Source: Moniliella sp. 'wahieum' (Eukaryota). Taken from it: DNA of 20,000 nucleotides. Below are positions 1 through 10,368 of this stretch, in pieces. The notes below the pieces were generated by a model. It was not told the DNA's origin. It saw only the letters and a list, made by a program, of their open reading frames with translations, and did no database searches. The stretch is from positions 982,657 to 1,002,656 of the forward strand of contig RSEE01000010.1 of assembly GCA_003971905.1 (NCBI GenBank), read 5' to 3'. Numbering within the stretch: the first letter of the stretch is position 1; the number at the start of each line of letters is the position of its first letter. A program made the position numbers and the translations under genes.

Positions 1-25
1 GTAGTCGTATTTGCTGGAGGTAGGG

Positions 26-1520
26 TTATTCCCACATGACTTCTGCCAGCTCCTCGGTGCATGTCTCGCGCGCCACCTCACCTGCGCCCTCATAGACGGG
101 GGTGCAATCCTTCTCGCAGACGAAGATCAGGACCGACCCCAGGTAATGCCAGACTTGACCAGTCGCTCATTACCAGTCAGGGCCGAGGCCCGGGCCAAGC
201 CGCTCCCCTCGGGCACTGCAATGCTCCGCCCGAGCGCTGCCTCAATCTCCCGTCGGTGGGCCGAGGCAGCATCTTCCTCTTTGGAATCGGTGGGAACAGC
301 ATGCGGGTCTTGAATTTTGTTGGGACGCAACATGTTTACCACATTGGGCATCAGTTGTAGTTCAACACGCGCTTTCCGCCGCACTGGGGACAGGTACCAG
401 CAGCACGGGGGTCGTAGGCATCAGGGTATGGGGCGCCAAGGGTTTCTTCCAAAAGCGCGAGTAGACGTCGCCCTTGTTGCTAAAGGGTAACGGCTCCCCA
501 TCAAATCATATCGGATCAACTGGCTCGGCAACCGACTCACACGTTCCACAAACGACTGGAACACCATATCGACCGTTTTGAGTACTTGCCGCTCATACTT
601 CTCACCGGTGGGGGCCTTGCCGGCACTGGCAGCTTCTGCCTCTGCCGCTGCCGCTTCTTCCACCTTGACCCCTTCGGGCAGCGTCGTGCTAGGCTTGTAC
701 GGCTCTGGGACAGTGGAGATGTACTCTGCCCCCGTGTAAGCTGGCACATTATCCCACTTGGACCGGAGCTCGGATGCACCCGCATCCAAAGAGGCTTTGA
801 TGGCCATCTCTTCTTCCAATCGTACCGCATCCGCATCTGCTTCGTCCTCCGACTCACTCTCGTCCGAATCCGATACGGAAGGGACCTGTTCCTTCCCAAC
901 CGATGGGGACTCTTGCGCCGACGCGCGGCGGGGGGAGCAAATGGGTTGGAACTGGCGGTAGAAAAGGGATTGCTACCCGAAGCAAAGGGTTGCTTGCTGC
1001 CGCGGCCCCGAGCCCGCGGCAAATGGGTTGGAAGTTAAGAGCGCTTTCCGTTCTTTCTCTTCGTTTTCCTTTTGTTGAGCAATGCGCTCTGCCTTGGCGC
1101 GCTGGCGCTGCGCTTTCTTTTCCAGACGAGCGGCCCAGCGCGCATTGTAGGTGGTGGAGCGGAAGACGCGGACCGGACGCGAGTCGCGGTAGCGTTGGCA
1201 CTGGGCCCGCGCACACGACCAAACACTCAGCGTCCGGTCAAACGCACTGCCCTCGAGCGGCGCAAAAATTTGCACCACCAGTTCCATCTCGTGGCCACAG
1301 ATCCTGCACTGCGACACGGCTTCGGCGCCGGGGGCAGCGCGGCGGCGGCGGCGGGGAGGTTGCGGAAGGGAAGCCAGGCGGGCTTGCCGCCAATGCGGGA
1401 CACGAGCGGGTTGGCCTCGTCTTGCGCCTCGAGGCGCCGTGGCAGGCCGAGGTACACCCCGCTTTCCTCCTCTTCGTCCGACGAGCCCGAGTCCGAGTCC
1501 CACTCGGGTGCGGCAGCCAT
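26..1520 (-). CDS. TSR4: TSR4/PDCD2-like protein (uS5 chaperone, 20S pre-rRNA accumulation); frames broken by several indels
   Basis: Stitched frames: MAAAPEWDSD...VYLG...SRIGGKPAWL, CRICGHEMELVVQIFAPLEGSAFDRTLSVWSCARAQC, YERQVLKTVDMVFQSFVERVSRLPSQLIRYD, ELQLMPNVVNML, GSVLIFVCEKDC...EELAEVMWE* (TAA at 26-28). These match PDCD2 N- and C-terminal motifs as I recall them. Confidence 0.88.
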
Positions 1521-1700
1521 GGTGGGGGGAGCGTGGTGGGGGCGGAGCAGGCTGGGCAAAAAAAATTGGCTGGCCAAGTGCGCGTGCTGCCTAGCCCACG
1601 TTGCACCGATGGGCCTGAACGATTGAAACGTCCTGTCTGCGACTGGGCTGGCCGAAGGAAGCCGCAATGTGTCCCCCCCGCCTTCTGCCGCCGTCCGCCA
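1521..1700. promoter_or_regulatory. Putative bidirectional promoter between TSR4 and the NDP kinase gene
   Basis: 180 bp between divergent ATGs at 1520 (-) and 1701 (+). Confidence 0.55.
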
Positions 1701-2274
1701 ATGCTGCTCTCGACGCTGCCGCGGGTGGCGAGAGGAGGGGGTGCGCCAGGCCATGCGGCTGCGCGCCGGCGCCACAGGAAGTGACACTTGCTCTGATTAA
1801 GCCCCGCGGTTGCTGCGCATGCGGAGGACGTGGCCACCATCCCGCGGCCTGCAGCGCATCGAGGCCCTGCACCTCGTCCAGTCCCAGTGGATCGCCTGGA
1901 CCGATGCGGATGCCGCCCAGTTCTACGCCGAACACGAGGGCAGATTCTTTTTCCCCCGCCTCGTTTCGGGCATTCGGCCGGCCCGCCCTCGCCCTCGCCC
2001 TCAGTGGCCCCGATGTGATTCGCCGTTGGCGCACACTCTTGGGGCCAACCAAGGCCTACAGGGCCAAGAACGAAGCACCGTCTTCTCTCCGGGCCCGGTT
2101 CGGGCTGACCGACCAGGAACGCTTTCCATGGGAGTGGTGAGTGCATCGCGTTGATGCGGCCACCTAGACTTACCTTGGACAGATTCCATCCCCTCGGCCT
2201 TACGAGAGCTGAAGTTTGTCTTTCCCCATTGGGACGCCCAGGCCTACCTGGACCAACACCAGGGCAGAAGCTGA
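1701..2274 (+). CDS. NME6: Nucleoside diphosphate kinase, group II / NME6-like, with possible mitochondrial presequence; one intron, several indels
   Basis: TLALIKP, AAQFYAEHEGRFFFPRLV, LSGPDVIRRWRTLLGPTKAYRA, SLRARFGLTD, catalytic FHGS|DS rebuilt across intron 2137-2182, then SALRELKFVFP...RS* (TGA 2272-2274). The N-terminus MLLSTLPRVAR is Arg-rich and lacks acidic residues. Confidence 0.85.
2137..2182 (+). other. Spliceosomal intron (46 nt) in the NDP kinase gene
   Basis: GTGAGT donor, CTTAC branch-like motif, CAG acceptor. Removal restores HGSDS. Confidence 0.85.
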
Positions 2275-2374
2275 GCCTCAACTACGAAATACATCTGGCG
2301 GGACATTCAAGTGAGATGGGGGGAGGAAGGGATGAGGCCAGAGTGTGCATATGCCATGTGATTGGGGGAGACGC

Positions 2375-2428
2375 CCAAAGAGGCAATCGAGTGGAGAGCC
2401 AAAAAGGCAATCGAGTGGAAAGCCAAAA
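2375..2428. repeat. 24-bp tandem duplication between the convergent NME6 and RPL15 3' ends
   Basis: ccaaagaggcaatcgagtggagag / ccaaaaaggcaatcgagtggaaag / ccaaaa. Confidence 0.9.
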
Positions 2429-2464
2429 GCCGCTCCGCGCGGGGCCGCATTTTGGACCGACCGC

Positions 2465-3073
2465 TTAGCGGTAGCGGCCGAAGCGAGAGCGTGTCGCGCT
2501 TCTTGATGGTCGCGTTCTTGCCACCATGCTGGGTCTTGTTGAAGCGTGAGGGTGACCCTTGCCCAGACCCCGGGACTTCTTGCCGGTGGCCGTAAGGCCC
2601 ACGCGATCGCGGTGTTATTGGCCCACAATCCAGTGTTGGCCGCGTCGCGGCGAATGGCCTTGTGGAGGGGTCGACGGCAATCACCTCGTAGTACTGTAGA
2701 TGCCGTCCTGGTTGATCCAGTACGAGTTGAGGATGCGCAGGTTGCCGCACTTTTCCCCACGCGCTCCTCGGCGGTGGAGCGGAGAGTGCGCTGGTACTTG
2801 AGGTGGTTGACACCCTGGTGCACGGGCTTGCCGTAGGTGATGCCCTTGCTGACGGGCTTTTTGCGGTTGCCACGGCGACGCGCACACGGTAGATGACATA
2901 GCCTGCTTGGCTTTGTACCCGAGGCGGCGGGCCTTGTCGGGGCGCGAGGGCCGCGACGCGCGGTGGATGGCGTTGAGCTGGCGGTACTCCCAGCAGCGCA
3001 GCCGGAAGAGCAGACGCAGCACGTCCGACTGCTTGTTGTTGTAGAGCGTCTGGAGGTAGGTGTAGGCACCCAT
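2465..3073 (-). CDS. RPL15: 60S ribosomal protein L15 (eL15), intronless, apparent frameshifts
   Basis: [33 protein letters not shown]...[78 protein letters not shown], ending TLSLR..RYR* (TAA 2465-2467). Confidence 0.97.
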
Positions 3074-3358
3074 TGCGGCGGCGGTGGGGCCAAAGCAGCT
3101 CGCCGGTCGCCACGGCTCATCAGGGCGGCAGCCAACCCTAGCCCCCCGCTGTCCAAATGGGCCGCAGCAGCAGCCCCACTCGCCCCCCCCCGCCCTACTC
3201 GCAACCCTATTGCCAGCCTGCCCGGAACTGAATATTTCCAGCCAGGGGGCCCTTTTCGTTGTCCCAGCCCCACTTTACGCGGCCGTGCTAATTAACGCAA
3301 TTAACCGTGCGTGCCCTCCCTCGTCGTCACCGTCGTCGCCGCCACACCATACAACACA
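3074..3358. promoter_or_regulatory. Putative bidirectional promoter of RPL15/RPL5 with CCCTA motifs
   Basis: 285 bp between divergent ATGs. AACCCTA at 3134 and 3203, GCCCTAC at 3192, AT-rich TAATTAACGCAATTAA near 3289-3304. Confidence 0.6.
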
Positions 3359-4347
3359 ATGGCGTTCGTCAAGCAAGTCAAGACCTCGGCGTACTTCTCG
3401 CGGTACCAGGTCAAGTACCGCCGACGCCGTGAGGGCAAGACGGACTTTGCCGCCCGGCGTGTGCCCTGGTTACCAGGCCAAAACAAGTACAACGCGCCCA
3501 AGTACCGCCTCGTCGTTCGTTTTCCAACAAGTATGTGACGGTGCAGATTGTTGAGGCCAAGATCCAGGGCGACGTTGTATTTGCCCACGCGCACTCTAAG
3601 GAGCTGCCCAAGTACGGCATCAACCACGGCCTGTCCAACTGGACGGCTGCCTACCACGGGTTCTTGGTTGCCCGTCGTGCGCTCAAGAAGCTGGGCCTGG
3701 ACAGAAAGTACGAAGGTGTGGCCGAGCCCGAGGTGAGTTCACCGAGACGGAGGCATGGAGGAGGAGGGCGCCCCGCGGCCGTAAGGTCTTCCTTACGTTG
3801 GCCTCAAGCGCACTTCGACGGGCTCGCGCGTGTGTTTGCGATGAAGGGTGCGTCGGATGGTGGCCTGTTTGTGCCCCATTCGCCCAAGCGCTTCCCTGGC
3901 TACGATGCCGAGGAGAGGAGCTTGATGCTGATGTTCTCCGCAACACATTTCGGTGGCCACGTGGCCGATGGAGTCGCTTGAGGAGGAAGATGACGAGCGC
4001 TTCAAGAAGCACTTTGCTTCCTACCTGCCGATGACATTTCTCCGATGACATTGAGGAGATTTACGAGAAGGCATATGAGCGATCCGCGAGAACCCTGGAT
4101 TGAGCGACGAAGAAGGACGTGGAGCACTGGAGAAGGAGGTCGCTCAAGTTCAAGCAGGTCAAGCTCACCTACGACCAACGCAAGGAACGCATTGAGGCCA
4201 AGAAGGCCGCTTTTGCCGCGGGACGAGGTGAGTTGTGTTCTTATCCCTTGTCTACCCTGCATCGTTATCGCAATATACCACCATTCGGCACCGGCGACAC
4301 CTGTTCTGGTTCTCCTCTCACCCGCAGTGAGGATGCGCAATGATTAA
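3359..4347 (+). CDS. RPL5: 60S ribosomal protein L5 (uL18, 5S rRNA-binding); apparent frameshifts, 3' intron, stop at about 4343-4347
   Basis: [125 protein letters not shown]. Confidence 0.97.
4228..4327 (+). other. Probable 100-nt intron near the RPL5 3' end
   Basis: GTGAGT donor, pyrimidine-rich interior, CTCAC branch-like motif and GCAG acceptor, followed by a short terminal exon. Confidence 0.75.
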
Positions 4348-4572
4348 TGAACCTCCGGGCGCTTGTACTACTAGCGTTCGTCTGTGGGTGTTGTGGCAGT
4401 AGCAGGAGTAACTAAGAGCGCGGGTTGATCGATGATCGATCGATCCAATATATCCACCAGGGGACGTTGAAATGTTCAGGGCCACCCCAGGGCCCATGCG
4501 CGGCACTAGATCGATAAGGCGCAGGCAGGCCGCCGATCTGCTCCGAACCGCCACCGCCGCTCTTGGCTGGCG

Positions 4573-4906
4573 ATGGGCATCCAGCATGCAGACTACCTCA
4601 GCGGCCAGCGCGTGTTTGGCTGCTCCCAGTGCCGCGCCCACATCACCACTCGGAGCACATGTCTCCCGCCAGTTCTCCGGCCGCGACGGCCGCGCCATCC
4701 TGGTCAGCAAGGTGGCCAACGTCGTCTGCGGCGCCCCGCTGGAACGCGAGCTGCGCACCGGCACCCACACCGTCCGTGACTTGTCGTGCCGCCTGTGCGG
4801 ACAGTACCTCGGGTGGGACTATGTCCATGCCTTTGTCCAGTCCGAACAGTATAAGGTGGGCAAGGCGGTAGTTGAGCGGGCGAGGGTTAAGGATGTGGTC
4901 GTCTAA
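4573..4906 (+). CDS. MOH1: Yippee/Mis18-family zinc-binding protein (Moh1/YPEL-like), one frameshift near 4655
   Basis: MGIQHADYLSGQRVFGCSQCRAHIT...SRQFSGRDGRAILVSKVANV...RELRTGTHTVRDLSCRLCGQYLGWDYVHAFVQSEQYKVGK, with two CxxC motifs and LGWxY. Confidence 0.92.
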
Positions 4907-7847
4907 CACCTTTTCTTCTTTGGGCATCGTCGTACCAGCCCTGCGTTTCCCTTGTCCCCATCCTCCCACCTCCATCCCCGGCCCCGCTGACTATCCCTTT
5001 CTCCTCGTCGTTTTGGCCTGCCGAGCATTTCCATTTCCATTCGCTTGGCAGGAGGCTAATGTGACCCTTTTGGGAACACAGCCGAGACTAAGCTGACGAA
5101 TTCGCCCCATGTTACGCGTACCATCCATTCTCTGTCCGTTGGTTCAAGCTTCGGGCGGCTGCAATCTCCTTGCATATTTCTTCTGCCCTTGACTATCGAC
5201 CGCCTCTGGTCATGTGCTGGAGTGGGTGCTGGGTACGTGCGGTCTCACCACCCAACGGCATGATTGTGGTTCATTTCCATCCGTCCTAACCTTCGAGTAG
5301 ACGCCCTGCCCTTGCACACTGTTGGGAAGTGGGGGAGGGGGTCGAAAGGATTAATGATACCGAGCAATGATGTGTGGCTCGTGCGTTTTGGCCAAGCTCC
5401 TTTCGGCCTCTCTTCAAGATTCAAGCCTAGAGCTCCGATTTTCCCGCTGTTGGTTTCCTTGTTCTGCAGTCTGGTCCGGTAGCGCCTCGCCTGCTAATGT
5501 CCCTGGAGATGTCGTTGGTTGGGTTGGACGACCACCAACCACTAGTGCGAATGTATGCCCCTGGAGGGCCGTCTCGGTTTGAGGTCTCATCAATTGATCA
5601 TTGTCATTGGTATCGTAGTTCAAGTGGATGTCCAGTAGCTCTGCCTCGCGCGCAACGCTCTTGTTCTGTTCCCGCGACTTGCTCAAGCAACGCAAGCTAC
5701 CTCCATCGCCCAGACTAACCCTTCGCGACGCACGATGGCCAGCACACAACGACCAAGTAAAACCACTCGCATAGCGTCTTGTGCCACCACCAGCTGCTCC
5801 CTCCCGTCCAACATCCCATCCCACCCTCATGCCGCACAGGCACTGGATAGCCATCCTACATTCCACGATCAATTTGTCGCCCTGACTCTTACGCGTGGAC
5901 CAGGAGTAAAGCTGTCTTGTAGGGTGTCGTCATGCATTACGCGTCCATTGATCGCTTGGGAGGACGAAAGTACGAACGAAGAAAAACACAGACAACCTGT
6001 GAGCGCGGTAATCCAAGTCGCAAACCAGAGTTAATATCCAGGCAAGAACGCCCCACACGACGAACGCCATCAGAAACAACGGGACGATGAGGATACGCTG
6101 CACCCGGTCCAGCCCACGAGGTCTTGGCACCCACACATCCCACTATGTTGTCTGGCTCCTCTTCCCTCGGCCCCAACAATCGGCGGCGCGTGATGAGGAC
6201 GACGATCTCCGATCAACCTCACCATTTGCGGGCCATGACATGCTCTCAATGGAGTCCTGATGGTAAGGTTGATGCCAGCTGACCCGCATCCTTTTTCTTT
6301 GCGCTGCCAAAGTGCGGCAGGCACCCGCTATGGCCGCTTGGGTACCGGACCCGTTCTCCGCGCTCGTCATGGCCGCAGCACCAAGCAGCATCTGCGCTCG
6401 GGAGAAACACAAGAACCTTCCGTGTCCGCGCGGCAGCGGGGAATGCAAGTGCTCTGTGCCAGTGGTGCAACTTATGGCCAAACAACACAGTACCCGCAGT
6501 GCCGGCACTCCCTCCATTGGCGCTTTGAACGACTCGCTGGGGCAGGCGCTGACGCGACGAGTTGATGCACTGCATGAGTGCGTGACCTCCCGTTCCCGCG
6601 TCTAACAAACGCCAGATGGTCAGCAACTTGAGCCACAGCAGAAGATATGAGCCACTACAGGCATCTCCATCGCGCGCTGGGTTCATCCTGGATTGGTAAG
6701 TCGAGAGAGAGAGGAGTGCGCGCGACCAAGCGTGCGATCAGGGGCAATCAGCAGCAGCACGGTTTCTTATCCTGCTGGTCGCACACCACCATGGATAACC
6801 CACATTCCTCGCGCTTGAGAGTATCTGCAGGTGCGCAGCCCCTTGTTCATCGGCACCAGATCGTGACAGAAGCTGGCGATGACTCCACCCATACCTTGAT
6901 ACTTGATCTCAAGTTCTTGCAACGCTTGTGCGTTCTGAGGACAACAAATACCAGCAAGGAAATCATCCGCAAGCGTTTCTACTTTTTGTTGGGGCGCTGC
7001 TGGCCTTGAAGGTGTGCACAACGCATCTTGCTGGCAATCGAAGGGGAGCGCGCAATCCCTGCTACCGCCGTTGTTGCATCCAGTGTCGCACCCATGAGTG
7101 GGCCGCCTTCAGCTTGCTTTGCCTTCCGCCACACATCGTGCCGAGGACCCGATTTACGGTTGCACGCACGGCCAGGTTTGGCGTGCCGATGAATCGAGGT
7201 GGGCAGCCGATGGAACAGCGTGTCTTGTTCGCCATGCTGCTGGAGACCATCGCCTAGGCCTTCATCCTACAGCCCCCTTCATCCCACAGCTGCCATCACA
7301 AGGCCGCCTGCTCGATTCCAGCTCAGTACGGGCTGCATCGACAAGGATGCACAGCAAGACGTGTAGCCAAGAGGCACGCCCCCCTCGTGAGCACGCATCT
7401 GGCTTGGTACACAGCGAGAGGAAAGGAGGGCGAAAGGGGAGCAAGGACACGAGGTGCAGCAGAGGTCTCAAAGCCTGGGTTGGTGGTGGAGAAGTAGTAA
7501 ATGGCTCCCATACGCGACGAGATTAAATCCTGCGCGGAGCTAGGGTTAGAGGCGGTGCGGCCGCAGCCAATGCCAATGAATTGACTGCTGAGGAGCGCGC
7601 CGAGGCGGTGGCCGCAACGCTCTTCGGAGGACCGCGAAGGGCAAGACTATGCCTGCCCCTCATTCTCGCCACTGGCCCCGCCACGTGCTGACCGTGCGCA
7701 GTACTCCTCTTTCTGCGGCCCTTTCTCGCCAGAGCTCCACGCAGCGACGGCCCTTTCTTGGCAGTCAACCGAGCCACGCTTCCTCCCTCCCACAAACTGC
7801 AGCCGCTTCAGAGCTGCGCTGTAGCAGGGAGTGCACTGCATACGGCT

Positions 7848-8402
7848 TCAACGTACCCGCCGTGATGGCCAGGCGCAGATAGCTGCCACGCAAGATTGGC
7901 GTGCCGCCGATAAAACGTGCGGGTTGGACTTGCACTTTGTTTTCACATGTCCCTTCCTGGCCAAAGCCCAACCAGGGCCTTCTGTCCCCACCGAAGGGAG
8001 AGCGGTGCGCGCACTTGCCTTGCGAGGACGCCTGCCCTTCGGCAAGTAGAGCAGTGCCTGCACTTTCACCACGTAAGTGTCGCATGCCTGTGAATAAGAG
8101 CATTGATACCGCCAGTTTCCTTGTTGTGCAAGTACGTACCCAAATACTGCTGGTGTTGTTCCGTCTGCGTCGGTTGTCAGTACCTCGCTCCACAAGGGAG
8201 CACAAGCGCGTGGGCAACGTACCATCACCACAATCTGGGCCAGTAAGTTTTGGCGAAATGCATGTGAGCACCAAGTGTTGCAGAGATACCGCCCAGATGG
8301 GTAGCAGCTAATCACATCGTTGGTAGCGGCGGCGACGGCGGCTACATGAGCACAGCACTGCACGCAAACAGTACCAACAGGGACCCATGAAAATAGCAGC
8401 AT
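7848..8402 (-). CDS. Hypothetical Cys-rich, possibly secreted protein; true 3' end unclear and may extend towards about 6770 through indels
   Basis: 184-aa ORF with a hydrophobic start (MLLFSW; alternative frame LLVLFACSAVL; VAAVAAA) followed by Cys/aromatic-rich sequence. No family recognised. Confidence 0.3.
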   Translation of the reverse strand: MLLFSWVPVGTVCVQCCAHVAAVAAATNDVISCYPSGRYLCNTWCSHAFRQNLLAQIVVMVRCPRACAPLWSEVLTTDADGTTPAVFGYVLAQQGNWRYQCSYSQACDTYVVKVQALLYLPKGRRPRKASARTALPSVGTEGPGWALARKGHVKTKCKSNPHVLSAARQSCVAAICAWPSRRVR

Positions 8403-9107
8403 TGCCGTACGTCATGACATACAGGCAAGTCGACAAGTATATTCGTAATTCGCGCAAGAAGGACGGGGCTGCACAGGATGAAGCATTAGGAGGCACATCG
8501 CGCGTTATGCCCCACCGCACCAACCACAGAAGGGAATTCCACTTTCGAGGGGCGCGGCATCTTGGAAGAGTTGACATAAAAATAAAAGGGCGGACAGGTA
8601 GCAATCATGGAGCCAGAAAATCAAACATTCCTTGCGCCGCGCGTTTGAAGATAGGCCGCAACGTATGCATGCCCCTCCAGAGCATCCACAGGTAGCACGC
8701 GCCCAGGCCACGTCAAAAAGAAGTACAGAGAGCGGTGCACTTTCATGGGTGTCAAAGAAAAAAAAAAGAGAACCTGGCGATGCGCTAGGAAGACTCCGGG
8801 GCACATTGGCCATCCCAAGTCGACAGGGAAAACGTAGTACAGGGGAAAACATGCGTGGTCAAGCGGTGATGGTGTTGCTGAATGACCATGCCATCACCCT
8901 CTTCCTATACATTTTGAGTAGACAAAGTCGTAGCGCAGTCCCTTGTCTTCCCAGTTCGGTGGGGGTGAGGACTTGCTGCAAGCACTGCATGTATGCAGCC
9001 GATGAGTAAGCTGACTTTCGGCATGTCCTTTTTGGGACGTGTGTGGGGCGGGTGAAAGGAATGCGAAGTGGTCTCGATGCTTCGCGCCGGGTTGGTACAA
9101 ATAACGC

Positions 9108-9440
9108 TTACAGTTTGAACGAAGCGGCGATAAGGATGAAATGCTCAGCAGCCCTCTGGAAACGAACATGCTCGTGGGCACTCCTCCATCCCGCTTGTTT
9201 TGAGAGGAGGCAATTGAGCACTTGCTTCGGCGAATGGAGCCCTGGCTTTGCACCCGCGATACATCGAAAGGCCTCGCATTGGTCGCGCCGCCAGGTCAGC
9301 AGGGCCAACGCGCATGCTGAAAGTGCTGGCCGGAACAATGCCTTGGCATACGCGGTGGTGGTGGTGTTGGGGCAAAGGGAGCAGGCGGACAGCCCAGACC
9401 AACAGCGATGCCAACCCTGTCGATGCGCACAGGCTTATGC
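9108..9440 (-). mobile_element. Possible degenerate non-LTR retrotransposon ORF2 fragment (post-RT C-terminal region)
   Basis: AYAKALFRPAL..ALALL...QCEAFRCIAGAKPG...KQVLNCLL, with LPPLK..MEE in an overlapping frame. This resembles the 'LYKxxxRPxLEY...QxxxLRxIxGA' segment that follows LINE RT domains. No YxDD seen. Confidence 0.35.
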
Positions 9441-9529
9441 GGCAGTAGGGTTGGGATTAGATCAGCAGCCACACTATAAACGCCGAAGGGAAGAAGATAT
9501 AGCTCCAGAATAGCTGGTGTTGCATTAGA

Positions 9530-10315
9530 CTGGTATTAGTACGAAGAGAAGAGGGTGCGTATGAGTACCACTGGCCGGAGAGTAAGGGCGGGGGGTTCGG
9601 TCGGTTGGGCAGGGAGGGTGTAATGTTGGGAAATACTATCTGGGGTTTAGCTGCTTACTGGTGGGCGGTGGGGACATGGTCTCTTGATACCAATGGAGCT
9701 CTGGACGGGGGCTGTGTGGACTGATACACAGCTGGTGCGGAGGCGGATACAGAAGGAATGACGGCACCGATGATTCCCACCTGGGGCTCTTATTCCATCG
9801 TGGTATTATATCTGAGACTGGGTGATGTGGTGGCCATCGTAGATCGGACGGGATGCAGCAACTTTTTCACATTTCTATGGCTGCTGGTGGTGCTAACCGG
9901 TTGAGAAGCGAGACATAATGGGGGTATGCATTGGTCAGTGGGGGGGGGGGGGGCACAGTCCCGTGCGGGGCTGCAGGGGACATTAAACAAGCACGACGGG
10001 TGGCCGTCCTGCTCAGTATATATGCACAAGTCAGCATCGGCAGGGTCAGTACACGCACAAGTCGGAAGAGGGTGAGTATATCCATAAGTCGAAACCTTAC
10101 AGGGGGGTCACTACCAGAGAGGCAGCAGGGGAAAGAAAGGGGATAAACGGAAAATCGTTCATTTCCACTCTTTTTTTCCGTGTCAATTGGTCGTATGGTT
10201 CAGTAGGGTTGGTTTTCAGGCGCGCAAAGCCCCCCCTCTCTCCAAAGAGAGAGGGGGGATATTCGAAGGGGACGATTGTGCTACTTGACACAGAACCGCG
10301 ATGGAATTCCACCAC
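9530..10315 (-). other. Diverged collinear copy of the IGS (IGS2 end - 5S - IGS1 - LSU 3' end)
   Basis: tggtattagtacgaag (9531) resembles tggtattagaacgaag (18690). The 5S relic, tagggtt (10204 vs 19547) and the C6/G6 hairpin (10231 vs 19571) occur in the same order as in 18690-19610. Confidence 0.7.
9757..9888 (-). pseudogene. Degenerate 5S rRNA copy
   Basis: Shares gattcccac, gactggg, agatcggacgggatgc (16 nt exact, 9841-9856 vs 19003-19018) and tttcaca.ttctatggc with the intact 5S. Insertions in the 3' half, and no clear T-run terminator. Confidence 0.85.
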
Positions 10316-10368
10316 ATAGGACAATGGGAGTCTCGTTAATCCATTCATGCGCGTCACGAATTAAATGA

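Noticed and set aside
3733..3790. GTGAGT/GTAAGG as intron donors inside RPL5
   Set aside because: The segment encodes expected uL18 sequence (EGEFTETE...EEGAPRP) once an indel is allowed.
4228..4327. Intronic snoRNA in RPL5
   Set aside because: No C box (RTGATGA) with D box and no convincing H/ACA layout.
4425..4446. GATC-rich palindromic run upstream of the Yippee gene
   Set aside because: Short microsatellite-like stretch with no support for a function.
26..4906. Frameshifts in five genes read as pseudogenisation or programmed frameshifting
   Set aside because: Peptide motifs are well conserved, and similar 1-nt losses occur in invariant rRNA motifs (e.g. ACCGCTGAAC for ACCCGCTGAAC). This fits long-read consensus error.
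7540..7553. Telomere-like TAGGGTTAGAGG
   Set aside because: Fewer than two perfect units, so not an array.
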